64,000 nt of DNA from positions 1,579,729-1,643,728 of the forward strand of contig NC_069007.1 of assembly GCF_001194135.2 (NCBI RefSeq). Reading direction: 5' to 3'. The position numbers and the translations under genes are program-made. This stretch comes from Octopus bimaculoides. Its lineage: Eukaryota. The notes under the pieces are model-generated. The model ran no database searches. It was not told the DNA's origin and saw only the letters and a program-made list of their open reading frames with translations. Of the stretch, positions 51,421 through 64,000 are shown in pieces (within the stretch, counting starts at the first letter, position 1; every line of letters begins with the position of its first letter).

Positions 51421-52733
51421 TGAATGCATATGTGTGTGTATAGTGTATATGTATATATAGTGACAGATAGGTATGGATGTATGTATGAACGTATGAATGT
51501 ATGTGTAATGAGGTCGAGGAATTCTACAACTTCGACTCAGCGCGTTTTCAAGGATTATTATATTTTGTCTCTCGATAATATAGACTTGAACACCATTGAT
51601 CTTTTGAACTCAACTTCACAATGATTTTAATAATAATGAAAACAATTAGAAAATCAATATTATTGGCTACAAAATTAAAACTACTGCTACTAATGATAAT
51701 AATAATATCAGTAGTAGTAGTAGTAGTAGGCATTGATGTTATTACTATGGTCGTAAGAATATTAATTGTTTCTAATAAAGACAAAAATGGATAAATGCGC
51801 AAGATGAAATATAACGATGTTGGTCACACTGATGATGATGATGATGATGATGACATTGATGATGATGATGATAATAATAATAATAATAACAATTTTAGTG
51901 ATCACGATATCGAACGTATTGATAAATTTTAATATCTTAACCTAAAGGGTATTTAGATGAATATATATAACTACATATATATACAAGTGCATATATCTAT
52001 TATCTGTATGTGCGCATATATATAAATATATATATATATGTATATATGCACTTATATATATATATATATATCTTTATATATGTCTTTATATATGTCTCTA
52101 TTGACATTTTGTATCTGTACGTACGTATGTATATAAAGGTTTCAAAACATTATTTCCTCATTTTATTGTTTTAGTTATATAATACGCCAACCTGTGAAGT
52201 GATAACTTTTAATGGGGAATAGACAAATGTCACCAAAACTGAAATTGACTACATCAAAGGTGACCAAAAAATATTCGTCAACAATAAAGATTTGCCATAA
52301 AGCGTTTAACGTTTAAAGCACGCTTCCATATATAAACATTTGCTATTAAATAATTTAATACTTACAAAAATACTCACTTACACGTATGCATGTGTATGTG
52401 AACGTAGGGATATATATAAACAAATATGTGTGTGCATTTGTATGTATAAATGTATGCATATTTAAACTATATATACAGGCACATACGCAGTCACATACAT
52501 ACACACGCACACGTATATGTATAAATATATACACATATATACATACATATATATAAATAAAAACATACATATATATCTATATACATGCACGCACGCATAT
52601 ATCCATAAATATAGATTAATCTCTCTCCTCCTCTCTGTATATATTCACATATATCCAAATATCTCTATCTACCTACTTATCTACAAATATATATCTATCA
52701 TCAATCTATCTATCTACCTCTCTCTCTCCCTCC

Positions 52734-52790
<57 letters not shown>

Positions 52791-53439
52791 TATTTATAGA
52801 TAGACATAAATAGATAGATATAGATATACATATGTACCTATCTATCTATTTATCTTTCTATCAATGACTCTAAATATATCTGTGTATATACATAAATATT
52901 TGCATACAAGCATGCTTTGTGGTCGCGTTTGCGTATTTATCAATATGCATAACATCCTGGTAGTATATGCATATAAATATGCATTTATGTTGCACTATAT
53001 TGTTATAGCAATTTATGTTGGTGACTAGACCTTTTGTTGTCGTTGTTGTATGTGTGTGTATGTGAAAGAGTGAGAAATAAAATCAATAATACCGTTCTTA
53101 AGTTATCGATCTCTTACTCTTCTCACTAACAGGATTACATACAATTTCTTTGTATTGATTTTCTTTCGTTCTCTTCGTTCTTTCTGTCCTTTGTTTCATC
53201 TTCTCTAATCATAAAATTATTTTACCCCGGCGCAAAACCCATCTTCTAGCACTCTCTCTCTAAATCTGCTAGAAATAGCAGTCATAATTCTACAAGATAT
53301 CACTCTGCTTCGTAAAGCACAGAAAAAATTAGTATCTAGTTGATCATAATACTATATACACAATCTGATAAATGAATATTCACACAGCCATTGACTCACT
53401 CTCACCCACGTACATACACACACATATATGCATACTAAA

Positions 53440-53478
<39 letters not shown>

Positions 53479-53481
<3 letters not shown>

Positions 53482-54745
53482 AGAAGTAATAGAGCAACTT
53501 GTAACACTTAGAAGCTGATCCTTACTATTGAATGATCATTGTTTAATTATGGTTAAGTTAACATTGATAGCTGTTTCAGTTTTTTTTATATTTTGGATGT
53601 AAAATTGCGTTTATCTCATTCAATGTAACAAGCATCATCAGAGTGATTTGAACTTTACCAAAGAAAGACTGACAGATGATTGAATCTTGAGGGAAGAAAG
53701 AAAAGAAAATGGTAAAAAGGAAAACCTTCGTTAGGTCTTTAGCCTTGCATTTTTGCGTCCTTAAAAGATGGTACGTGTGTGTACAGTTGCTTCAAGTAGA
53801 ATAGGGCAGTGAGTGAGGAAAATGACCATTTGACCGGCAGTGTTAGTCGAACGAGTTATACCTGGTAGTAATATCCAGTATCATTAATCGTAACAAATAA
53901 CGCTATTTGAGTCCGCTAGATAAATCCCTATGATTACAAATAATGCCCTAGTTAAAAATTAAGGACGCTCTTAAAAGTTCAAGTGTGATGTACGGTTTAA
54001 ATCTGGGTTACGTAAATAGGTGTAATACATAAATAAAGTGTTGTTATGTGTGGCCAGGTTTTACTACTCGTTAATGTAATTAAAACAGATTAACTCGGCA
54101 AGAATACGATAAATCGCTCGTTTAATCGTATATATGTTAATGGCAGCAGTAGCAATTAGTTTGTTAGTCAGTGATCGAACTTCAATGTGAATATATTGAA
54201 GAGAATTATAGCTCCGCATGTGCATCGTGCATCTAAGATAAATAATTCAGTTAGTCGAAGTAAATTGAATATAATTGTGGTTTATCATGTTATGTCGTGC
54301 TTTATGGAAAGGGGGCGGTTCAAAGGGAGGTAATCAGAGGTTAGTCAAGGAAGCTATTAAGAGTAATGTAAATGTAGGTATTAGCAGTATATAGAGAATT
54401 AGCATTCATCTTTAAGTAAGCATGCTAGTTTTTCTCATATCGTTTAAGCAATTCTGATTTGGCCATTAGAATGAAGAATTTCTTATTTATGCATAAATTG
54501 CAGCGTTTATTTTTAAAGTTGTATGAAGAAGTTTTGGCTTCGATGCCCAATTCTAATATATAATTATTGCTATTATAGTTAAGTTCCCAAATGTAACTAC
54601 TTAATCCTGTAGAGTTAGCCTTATTTCTATTCTTGAAGCCTGAGAGGTGGGAATTATATTTAAGTTTCATTTCATTTTTAGTTGATCCTGTATAAGTATT
54701 CTTGTAATTATTGGAGAATGCATCACATTAGTGTATTACATTCTT
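53479..54745 (-). mobile_element. 5'-truncated Penelope-like element remnant (GIY-YIG endonuclease plus presumed 3' UTR)
   Basis: Minus-strand 54745-54425 translates NVIH*CD…TYTGSTKNEMKLKYNSHLSGFK…NSTGLSSYIWEL…KRCNLCINKK. (TA)n lies at both ends. Extent of the 3' UTR is inferred. Confidence 0.7.
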
Positions 54746-55046
54746 ATATATATATATATCGGAGATAGTCAGAATATTTGGATAATCCGTTATTAGCGCT
54801 TTCATTCGTTTAGGAACTCGAAAAGACAAGTCAAATCAAAATGATAAAACCTGAAAGTTTCGTTGTTCATTTATATGAATCGGATGATGTCTGTTTTGTT
54901 TAGAAGAGTAGAATATTGTTTTTGATTTTTGGGAAAAGGTGGGAGAGAGAGAGAAAGAAAAGCAAAGCGGTGGGAGGAAACAAATAGAGAGAGAAGTTTT
55001 ACGAAAAGCAATAAAGAGAAAAAATATTTAAAATATATGGGGAAAG

Positions 55047-55087
<41 letters not shown>

Positions 55088-55111
55088 GAGAGGGAGAGAG
55101 AAAGGGATTTC

Positions 55112-55470
55112 TTTTCAATTTGGTGTGGTCAATTCATTGAAATTTCATTATTTTTCTTTCTTTCGTTTATCTTCTCTTTCTTTTTTTCTTTTTTCCATTT
55201 TATACGTATCAATATATTTGTAAATGAATACATTTTGTCTCAAGGCCTAAAGATAGCAAAGTGGGGGAAAATAGATAGCGTGGGATGTTTCAGGATAATC
55301 AAGAAAGAGGAGTAAAAATAATACTAATACTACTACTACTAATAATAATAATAGTAAAGTTTATGTAAAGGTAGATAGATAGATAGTTAGATAGATCGGA
55401 AGATAGAGAGAGAGAGAGGGGTAGGTTTATTTTCAATTTGGTGTGGTCCATTCATTAGAAATTTCATTTT
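55112..55470. repeat. Pair of ~40-bp direct repeats, each following a GA tract
   Basis: TTTTCAATTTGGTGTGGTC(A/C)ATTCATT(A)GAAATTTCATT at 55112 and 55430. Confidence 0.8.
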
Positions 55471-57109
55471 TTTTTTTTCGTCTTTCTACTTTCTTTTTTG
55501 TTCTAAAAATTGAAGTCATTGTAATATTCAGGAAATAAAAATAAATTATGTGACATATGAGCTATATATGTTATATTAGTTGAAGGGGACATAGCAGAAA
55601 TAGACCAATGTTATGAATTTGGATGTGCCTCAAACATAAGTACAATTTATTTATCCGTCAAAACTCCCTCGTTATGTAAGCAAGGGATCCGATTTAGAAT
55701 AGGTTTTATGTTGTTTAATCAGAGAAGAAATTAAGTTGTTACACTTCTTACAAGAGCCTTCAGAACTGGAGGGAGGAAGGAACGAAAATTGCTTCTAGTT
55801 ATGAAAAAAGAAAAAGACAGAGAGAGAAACTGACTCAAATACTTACAACAATGCTAAATTTCATAAAGACCCCTAAATTTCTCGCTAACGGAGATTAAAG
55901 TCTACCACATATGAAGACGACCAGTCTTTCTCGCTGCCTTCAGTAAATTCTCATCCTGTGAGCATTAATCACAAGTCTTTGCCAGGGTCAAGACTATGGT
56001 CGAAGATATCGTCCAAATTGAGGGTTCTGAAGATCGAGCTCGAATACATGAAACTACAACGCTAAACCCATCGATTGCCAATGTATGCCTGTAGCCGACT
56101 GCTATTGCCGGTGCTGATGTTGCCTTTGTTGTTGTGGTTGTTCATGCAGAATTATGATCAGAATTATTCCATGCCGTCCCAACTAAAATTCTTTCTGCGT
56201 GCGATTTGAGGGAGATTTTGCTGCTATATCTGACGAATCGAAAGAACCCGTGATGTTGTTCCTTTCGAACATTGTAGCACATAAAAGTTTGATCACAGAT
56301 GAAGGCAGCCCAAGCAGAATGTTTCCATTGTCTTTTAAACTTGCTCCTCTCACGCGTAGTATAGCTAAAACTAAATTCTATAATATCTCATTTGTTGCCT
56401 CAAAAACGAATTAAGTGTGCACGTTAGAGCCTTAGCAGCTGTAGTGTCAAACTGTGGAAATGAACTCTGAAGGCATACATTCTTTATATCATATTTAAAT
56501 GCCATTAATTGTAGTTTAAGTTCAAAACGGTGACGCATTTTTTCTTAACTTCATTTACAGATGAGACGCGAGAACAAATATCACACTAACAAATATAACA
56601 ATAATCTCTCGTCGGAGATTGTAAAGATGCTGATATCTCTATCAACTGTAAAATGGCTTAAATTTTGTTAACAACCTATACCACCAATATTCACGGATTC
56701 TCTATTTTGCTTTAAACTGTGTTTGTTTAATTTAAAAACTTAGAGATTCTCTTGAATAAAATTGTCTTGTGACAACCAATAACATACTAAACAAATTCTT
56801 AAAATGAAATATTGTTCCATTTTTCACCGGTTTCCTAACGTATTATTTCTGACAAGTTCTCTGCTATAAAACATAATTTATGGGTATATTTATTGTTATT
56901 TTAATCAAAATTGAACCAAGTTATTTCAACTTTTCCCTTAAATTATTTTTTACGATACACACTAGACAAAAATAAAAGCCGCGTACATTTTATACATACA
57001 CATGTATAAGAGACACACGGCTTGAAGATGTAAAGTTGTTGTTAGTAGGAAAGATGGAATCATAACTTTGAACGCATAATGGTCCGTTGGCGCAAATGTT
57101 TCTTTCTAA

Positions 57110-58652
57110 ATGTCATGCACATACATACGCCCATAAACAGACATAACATACATACAAATATATACATGTATGTATGTTTCCATCTATGCATGTATTTGTG
57201 TATATTCATATATAAATATATGTAAATATATTTATTTATACAAATGAATATATGCACTTATATACACAATTGTATAGGAATGCAAGAATGTGTAGGAAAG
57301 TGTACGTATTAACTCATACACATAATTATCTGGATATTTGCAATGCGTAGAAGAATATATATGATTACAAGTTTAAACATAGAGTGCAATTAATAGGTAG
57401 AAAGGAAGAAAACAAGAATTCTTCGCTGTAATGATCAGAACATACATACAGAAAGACATATGAAAATGTATACATACCCAGGTGAGTTTAGCACATTTGT
57501 ATATGTATGTTTATAAGTGTATATATAAAAATAAATATATGTATTATGTATGTATGTATATACGTTTTTATATGTATGTGTATATATATATATGTGTGTG
57601 TGTGTGTATGTATGTAGGTATGTGTGTATATACGTATGTATGTGTGTGTATATGTGTGTATGTATTAATGCACGTATGTAAGTATACGTTTGTTTATCTG
57701 TATCTATGTATATTTGTATATATACACACATATATATATATATTTGCACACACATAGAGAAATCTATTCATCTAACTTGTAAATATAGGTATGTGTGTAC
57801 GTGTTTCTGTGTTCGTGTGAGCGTGGCTCTGTGTGGTTGTGTGTGTCCGTGTGTGAAAGCTGAAAGATACAAAGACTAATTGAGGCTTGCAACCAAATGA
57901 TCTATATATTTACAGACAGAGAAGAGAAAAGCTTAATCACGCATTTACACTGGAACATACCTACACAGACACGTCTCTCTACCTGTATGTATTTATGTAC
58001 CGTATACAGATGTACATGTGTCCATATATGCGTGTGTGTTTTGCTGTTTTGAATGCGTGTGTGTGTGTGAATGTTCTGCTCAGCGACGATAAGTTACTGA
58101 CAAGAGTAGATTTATGTCCACTGAAAATAATAAATAAAAGAAATGAAAAAATATATATATGTATAAAATATAGTAAAAAGCTAAAAGATCTCATTTAATT
58201 TTCACTCTCGAAATTGTAGCGACCATGTCAATTTATTTATTTCAATCCACTAATAAGAAACTAAAGGGGAAAACAATAATACAATAATATATAGACAAAA
58301 AGAGTGAAACAAATGAGAGGGAAAAACAGAACGAGAGGGAGTGGGAGAGAGAGAGAGAGAGAGATACAGAGACAGTGAAGTGAGTAGGAGAAAAAATAGT
58401 CAGTGAAATGACGAAGGGTGAAAAAACGAAAGGTAGAGGAGAAATAAATAAAACTTAATCAAGAAAATACAATGATGAATCGAAGAAGCGAATTTCGCTG
58501 CGGTGTATTCATACGTTAAGAAATGACAAAGTTTTAGCTGAACTGTAAAGTAATATCTCATTTAAATTGTTATATCATGAAAGCATATGGGCATATGTAC
58601 GTATGCATATATATATGGGTATATGTGTATTTATGTGCGTTTATCGGTGTAT

Positions 58653-58690
<38 letters not shown>

Positions 58691-58700
58691 NNNNNNNNNN

Positions 58701-58739
<39 letters not shown>

Positions 58740-59955
58740 GAGAGAGAGAGTGAGATAGATAGATAGATAGATAGACAGATAGATGGAGAGATAGAGGGAC
58801 ATATAGATATGTAGATATATGTGTGTGTGTGCAAACGTGCGTACATAAAGTGCACGCACATACATACAAATGAAATATATATATATATATATATATTTAT
58901 ATTTGTGTGTGTGTACAGGGACAGAGGGGGAGGGAGGAAGAGACAGTGAAACAGTGATATAGAGGGGAATAGAGAGTGATGCACAATAACTTGATAGAAA
59001 AATAGAAAGCATTATACTGAAATATATGTGGACCATATATGTTCTTACGTTTACCAAAAGATATACACAATTATGTGTATGGTTACATATACATATACCC
59101 GCAAAAGCATGCAAAATCATATGTGTATGTATATATATACACACATATATATGTATACATATATATAAATACCTAGGAATTTGTTTAAGCGTTTATGTGT
59201 GTATATATTTATACGTATATATATATATATANNNNNNNNNNNNNNNNNNNNNNNNNNNNNNNNNNNNNNNNNNNNNNNNNNNNNNNNNNNNNNNNNNNNN
59301 NNNNNNNNNNNNNNNNNNNNNNNNNNNNNNNNNNNNNNNNNNNNNNNNNNNNNNNNNNNNNNNNNNNNNNNNNNNNNNNNNNNNNNNNNNNNNNNNNNNN
59401 NNNNNNNNNNNNNNNNNNNNNNNNNNNNNNNNNNNNNNNNNNNNNNNNNNNNNNNNNNNNNNNNNNNNNNNNNNNNNNNNNNNNNNNNNNNNNNNNNNNN
59501 NNNNNNNNNNNNNNNNNNNNNNNNNNNNNNNNNNNNNNNNNNNNNNNNNNNNNNNNNNNNNNNNNNNNNNNNNNNNNNNNNNNNNNNNNNNNNNNNNNNN
59601 NNNNNNNNNNNNNNNNNNNNNNNNNNNNNNNNNNNNNNNNNNNNNNNNNNNNNNNNNNNNNNNNNNNNNNNNNNNNNNNNNNNNNNNNNNNNNNNNNNNN
59701 NNNNNNNNNNNNNNNNNNNNNNNNNNNNNNNNNNNNNNNNNNNNNNNNNNNNNNNNNNNNNNNNNNNNNNNNNNNNNNNNNNNNNNNNNNNNNNNNNNNN
59801 NNNNNNNNNNNNNNNNNNNNNNNNNNNNNNNNNNNNNNNNNNNNNNNNNNNNNNNNNNNNNNNNNNNNNNNNNNNNNNNNNNNNNNNNNNNNNNNNNNNN
59901 NNNNNNNNNNNNNNNNNNNNNNNNNNNNNNNNNNNNNNNNNNNNNNNNNNNNNNN

Positions 59956-60007
<52 letters not shown>

Positions 60008-60012
60008 TTATT

Positions 60013-60063
<51 letters not shown>

Positions 60064-60480
60064 ATATATACACACATATATATGTATACATATATATAAA
60101 TACCTAGGAATTTGTTTAAGCGTTTATGTGTGTATATATTTATACGTATATATATATATATATAAACATTCACATGTATATATACACATACATACATATA
60201 TATGTTTATATATGCATATATGTATATATAAGGATGTATATATATGTATAAATAAATATATATATTTATATATATATATATATATGCCTTCAAATATCTT
60301 GTGTATGAAATAAATGGACAGCTAAAAAGATGTCTAGATGTCGAGGTGGATATATATGAGGACAAGTAGGCTGGTAGATAGTTAGGTAGGTAAGTAGATA
60401 AATAGACACAGTTATATATATATATAGATAGATAGATATAGATAGATAGATATATATAGATATAGATAGATAGATAGATA
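57110..60480. repeat. Microsatellite-dense field (TA, TG, GA, GATA) with gaps
   Basis: Direct reading. Confidence 0.85.
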
Positions 60481-62411
60481 GATATAAGGGGAGACAGATT
60501 GATATTTATCCAGCTTCTGTTTACAATATGCTCTGTTGCGGTTTAGCGTAGAAAGACACATGAATCAAATTATGTGTATTGTTTCATTAGAGTTAGATAA
60601 AAGAAGCATTCTTCATTGTTTCTGAGATGGCAGATAAACTGCAAAGTAAGGAAAGCAAATAAGTAGGAATAAGTAAGAACATGTTAAAAATATTAAAAAA
60701 TGTCTAATCAATATTTCTGCCACCGCCTTCGACGATTGTTTTCGAAAGCTAAAACTAAATATGCATTTAAAAATTTGTGATAAACTATCGGGGTAAAAAT
60801 TAATAAACCTCAAAATATTAATAATATTGGTATTATTTATAAAAATGATATTTATAATTAAAAAATATTATTAATAACAACTCCATCAAGAACAACAACA
60901 ACGAATATAAGGCAATCAATGAAGAAGGGATATAGTTTTTGTGAATTTTTAAATATGAAGAAAATGTAAAATTTTATGGAACGCAACAATAAATACTTAC
61001 ATAATGGTTTGGAGAGTGGGGCTGGGTATGAATGCAAAGAATATATATATTTCAAGTTTACAGGAAATATTGCAATCTCTCGCCTTTGACAGCTGTGAAA
61101 TTCCCAATTTTAAAATTGAACAGGCAGCACAAAATTATTTAGAATATTTACCAAAGATATTAACAGCTACAACAATAACAACAAGTACAACACTAATAAT
61201 AATAATGATAAGAAAATCAACATCAACAACAACAACGATAATAATAATGATGATGATGATGATGATGATAATAATATTAATAATAATAAAAATAAAAAAA
61301 AAATAATAATAATAACGACAACATGATTAACACAGAGACAATGAAATACGCAAAACTTATAACCTCGAAGCGTATTTAAGTCATTTATTTTCGTGCTTGT
61401 TTTCCTCCTTATTGTACTGAGTTTCGTAGGTGTAATATCCTTTTTGTGTCTGTTTTTTTTTTAAATTTTGTTTTGTCGCCTTTGAGACGTGTTGATATTT
61501 GTCATTGTCGTTGTTAGTTTTGTAATATATCCCATTCCATGTTATTGTTAAGGAACGAACGTAAATTATTGAGAATGTGTAAATTAAACAAAACCTCCTG
61601 GCAATATCTTATTAATTGATCTAGTTAATAAAATGCAATTTAATTTTATGCGTGGTCTTTTGTTATGGCTTTAATTCACCAACCTTCCTAGGAACATAAC
61701 ATTTTGTTAAATAAGGACCACAAACGTAGTCAACAATCGCAGCTTGGTGATAGAAGATAGATTCAGGCCATTGAAAAATTCCTCTGAATTATGAAAAGAG
61801 GAATAGAAATACCTTTACATAAAGGATTGATCCTTCAGTTTCCTGAACAGAAAATGATTTCAAACAACAGACATATTCTGTTGTGTAATAAAACAATCCA
61901 TGCTTTCGCAGATGGCTACTAAACTTCAACAAGGAAAGAGATGATAGAAGTGAATTAACACCCACGTCTCTCTACTTGACTTTTATATAAATCTATCGAG
62001 TCATGACTGTTGAAGGGCAAAGGAGACAATCCTACTTCTTTCTAAACTATATGGAATCGTCAAATAGCTGTACATTCTTTATAATTCCTTGTTAAACTGA
62101 ATCATGTTGAATATCTGCGAGATGATAAGATGATAGTAATTAAACGCAAACTGGGGCAAAAAGGCACTGGAGTGGCCGTATGAAACGGCGCCACCCTGAC
62201 GGAATCAACCGGACGAGATTCATAAAATAACAATGCAAAATCGTGGTGGTGCTCTCGCATGAACGCAGTTGCGTAGCTGAAACGAATAAAAGAAAAACGA
62301 TAATATATATATATAAATTCAGTAATAGGATGAATTCTTTTATAAGAATTTATCAAGTAGCTAGTTACTGTATATATATATATATATATACACACATACA
62401 TGTATATATAC

Positions 62412-62631
62412 CTATTTCTTTACTGCCCACAAGGGGCTACACACAGAGGGGACGAAGGGATTAAGTCGATTATATCGACCCCAGTACGTAACTGGTACTT
62501 AATTTGTCGACCCCGAAAGGATGAAAGGCAAAGACGACCGCGGCGGAATTTGAACTCAGAACGTAGTGGCAGACGAAATAGCGGTAAGCATTTCGCCCGG
62601 CGTGCTAACGATTCTGCCAGTTCGCCGCCTT
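62412..62631 (-). mobile_element. Full-length SINE family B
   Basis: Reverse complement closely matches 47363-47594, with a small deletion in the tail. Confidence 0.9.
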
Positions 62632-62681
62632 CATACATGTATATATACCCTCACACTCATTCACGTATACATGGACATATA

Positions 62682-62721
<40 letters not shown>

Positions 62722-63540
62722 CACACACTCACACACACACTCACACACACGCACGCACGCACACACATATACACACACACACACACACATATATACACAC
62801 ACACAAATATATAAATGAATGTATGTCCTTTCATATTCCACCGTACGTGCATGTGTGCTCGTGTTTGTACCAATTCCTGTCAGTGTTTGTGCGCATGTAT
62901 ACGGTCATATCTCTAAATAATTACCATCTGTTTATCTCGCTGCACCACTGTCTGACATGAATTTGGCTTTCGCTCATCTTTGATTCGCTTCGTTGGCCCC
63001 TGTCTGTTGCTATTTCTTATAACAGATTGTCTTAATAAATAGACTGCAGATGACCTCTATTAACTTGCAATTGACCTTAACCATCGAAGGTCGCACGCGA
63101 GGTCACGCTACCATGGCGTTTTTGGAAATATATTTCACCAGTCTCGGACCTGCCCAAACTTTATTTCCATTTGAAACCCTATGCCAAGTAGTGTTATCTT
63201 ATAATTATTTTTATCCAAATTTTCAATTATAGTTAGTGTTTCGAGAAGTTTGATTCAACGCGAAACAATTGCAAATGTCCATTTACTTTTCCTTGACATG
63301 TATTCATGTGTTCGTGATATGGTGTAGGATTTATCGTAAGAAAAATCAATGTGTATAGAAATATGTAAGGAATTGATGGTTTCATGGCATACGAAAGTAA
63401 TATCGCCCACAAGTGCCAATTTTCAATAGTATTCTGTCCAAAATAATTCGATAATTCATATAGATTTTACTGAAGAAGCACATTATTTTACAGATTTATA
63501 CCAATCGGCTATGAATATGTTTTATTTTTCTTTTACTGGA

Positions 63541-63740
63541 AGGTGGTGAGCTGGCAGAAACGTTAGCACGCCGAGCGCAATGCTTAGCGATATTTCGTCT
63601 GTCTTCACGTTCTGAGTTCAAATTCTACCGAGATCGAATTTGCCTTTTATCCATTCGAGGTCGATAAATAAAGTATCAGTTGCGTACCGGGGTCGATCTA
63701 CTCGACTGCTCCCCTCCCCTAAAATTTCAAGCCTTGTTCC

Positions 63741-63744
<4 letters not shown>
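63541..63744 (+). mobile_element. SINE family B (alternative 3' tail)
   Basis: Same head and core as 47363, but ends CTCCCCTCCCCTAAAATTTCAAGCCTTGTTCCTATA. Confidence 0.85.
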
Positions 63745-63773
<29 letters not shown>

Positions 63774-63790
63774 TGTGTGTGTGTGTGTGT

Positions 63791-63918
63791 ATTACTGTTC
63801 TATATTTTAGAGATGAGGAATTCTGTACATTTTTTTACATTCGACGGATATGTGTCTTCATCTTGTTTGTTGTTAACACAACCTTTCGGCTGATTTCCTC
63901 TCCAGTCTTCATCAGGTG
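63791..63918 (-). mobile_element. 3' part of SINE family D including hammerhead-like motif
   Basis: Reverse complement CACCTGATGAAGACTGGAGAGGAAATCAGCCGAAAGGTTGTGTTAACAACAAACAAGATGAAGAC…CCTCATCTC..AAATATAGAAC aligns to 817-947. Confidence 0.75.
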
Positions 63919-64000
63919 ATTAAGATTTGTGGCAACCTTCTCTCTGCTTTCAGAGTTGTCTTTCTTTACTTTACTACCAACACTTATGAAACTTGCCAAT

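Noticed and set aside
55888-56065. Open ~58-codon stretch (…TYEDDQSFSLPS…ELEYMKLQR*)
   Set aside because: No start codon or convincing splice acceptor, and no recognised homology.
59126-60160. ~105-bp direct repeat flanking a gap
   Set aside because: Identical sequence on both sides of an N-run in a TA tract, typical of unmerged overlapping contig ends.

Overview
AT-rich, microsatellite-saturated eukaryotic non-coding DNA with nine N-gaps (about 2807-3494, 4979-5554, 21032-21061, 23878-23953, 25882-25965, 44266-44615, 49889-50551, 58691-58700, 59232-59955). The repeat families, TA/CA/TAA microsatellite load and 5S sequence suggest a mollusc, most likely an octopus (inference, not proven). 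I can support no intact host protein-coding exon; nearly all long ORFs are translations of microsatellites or N-runs. The window holds about 25 copies or fragments of at least four tRNA-derived SINE types that share modules. It also holds decayed R4/Dong-type non-LTR retrotransposon pieces (RT, post-RT and C-terminal regions), a Penelope-like GIY-YIG remnant, a Tc1/mariner-type transposase fragment, and a full-length 5S rRNA copy with an A-tail abutting a SINE. The most interesting signal is five minimal type-I hammerhead-ribozyme-like motifs from three repeat families, plus one weak candidate. They share an unusual layout: an extra nucleotide after A9, a loopless palindromic stem III, and a position roughly 50-110 bp from the element 3' end, mostly next to (TA)n. 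One lies inside a tRNA-headed SINE. Every copy here carries at least one core or stem defect, so catalytic activity is unproven. Other structures are a 52-bp near-perfect palindrome, a ~1.3-kb inverted-repeat element and a 25-bp minisatellite.
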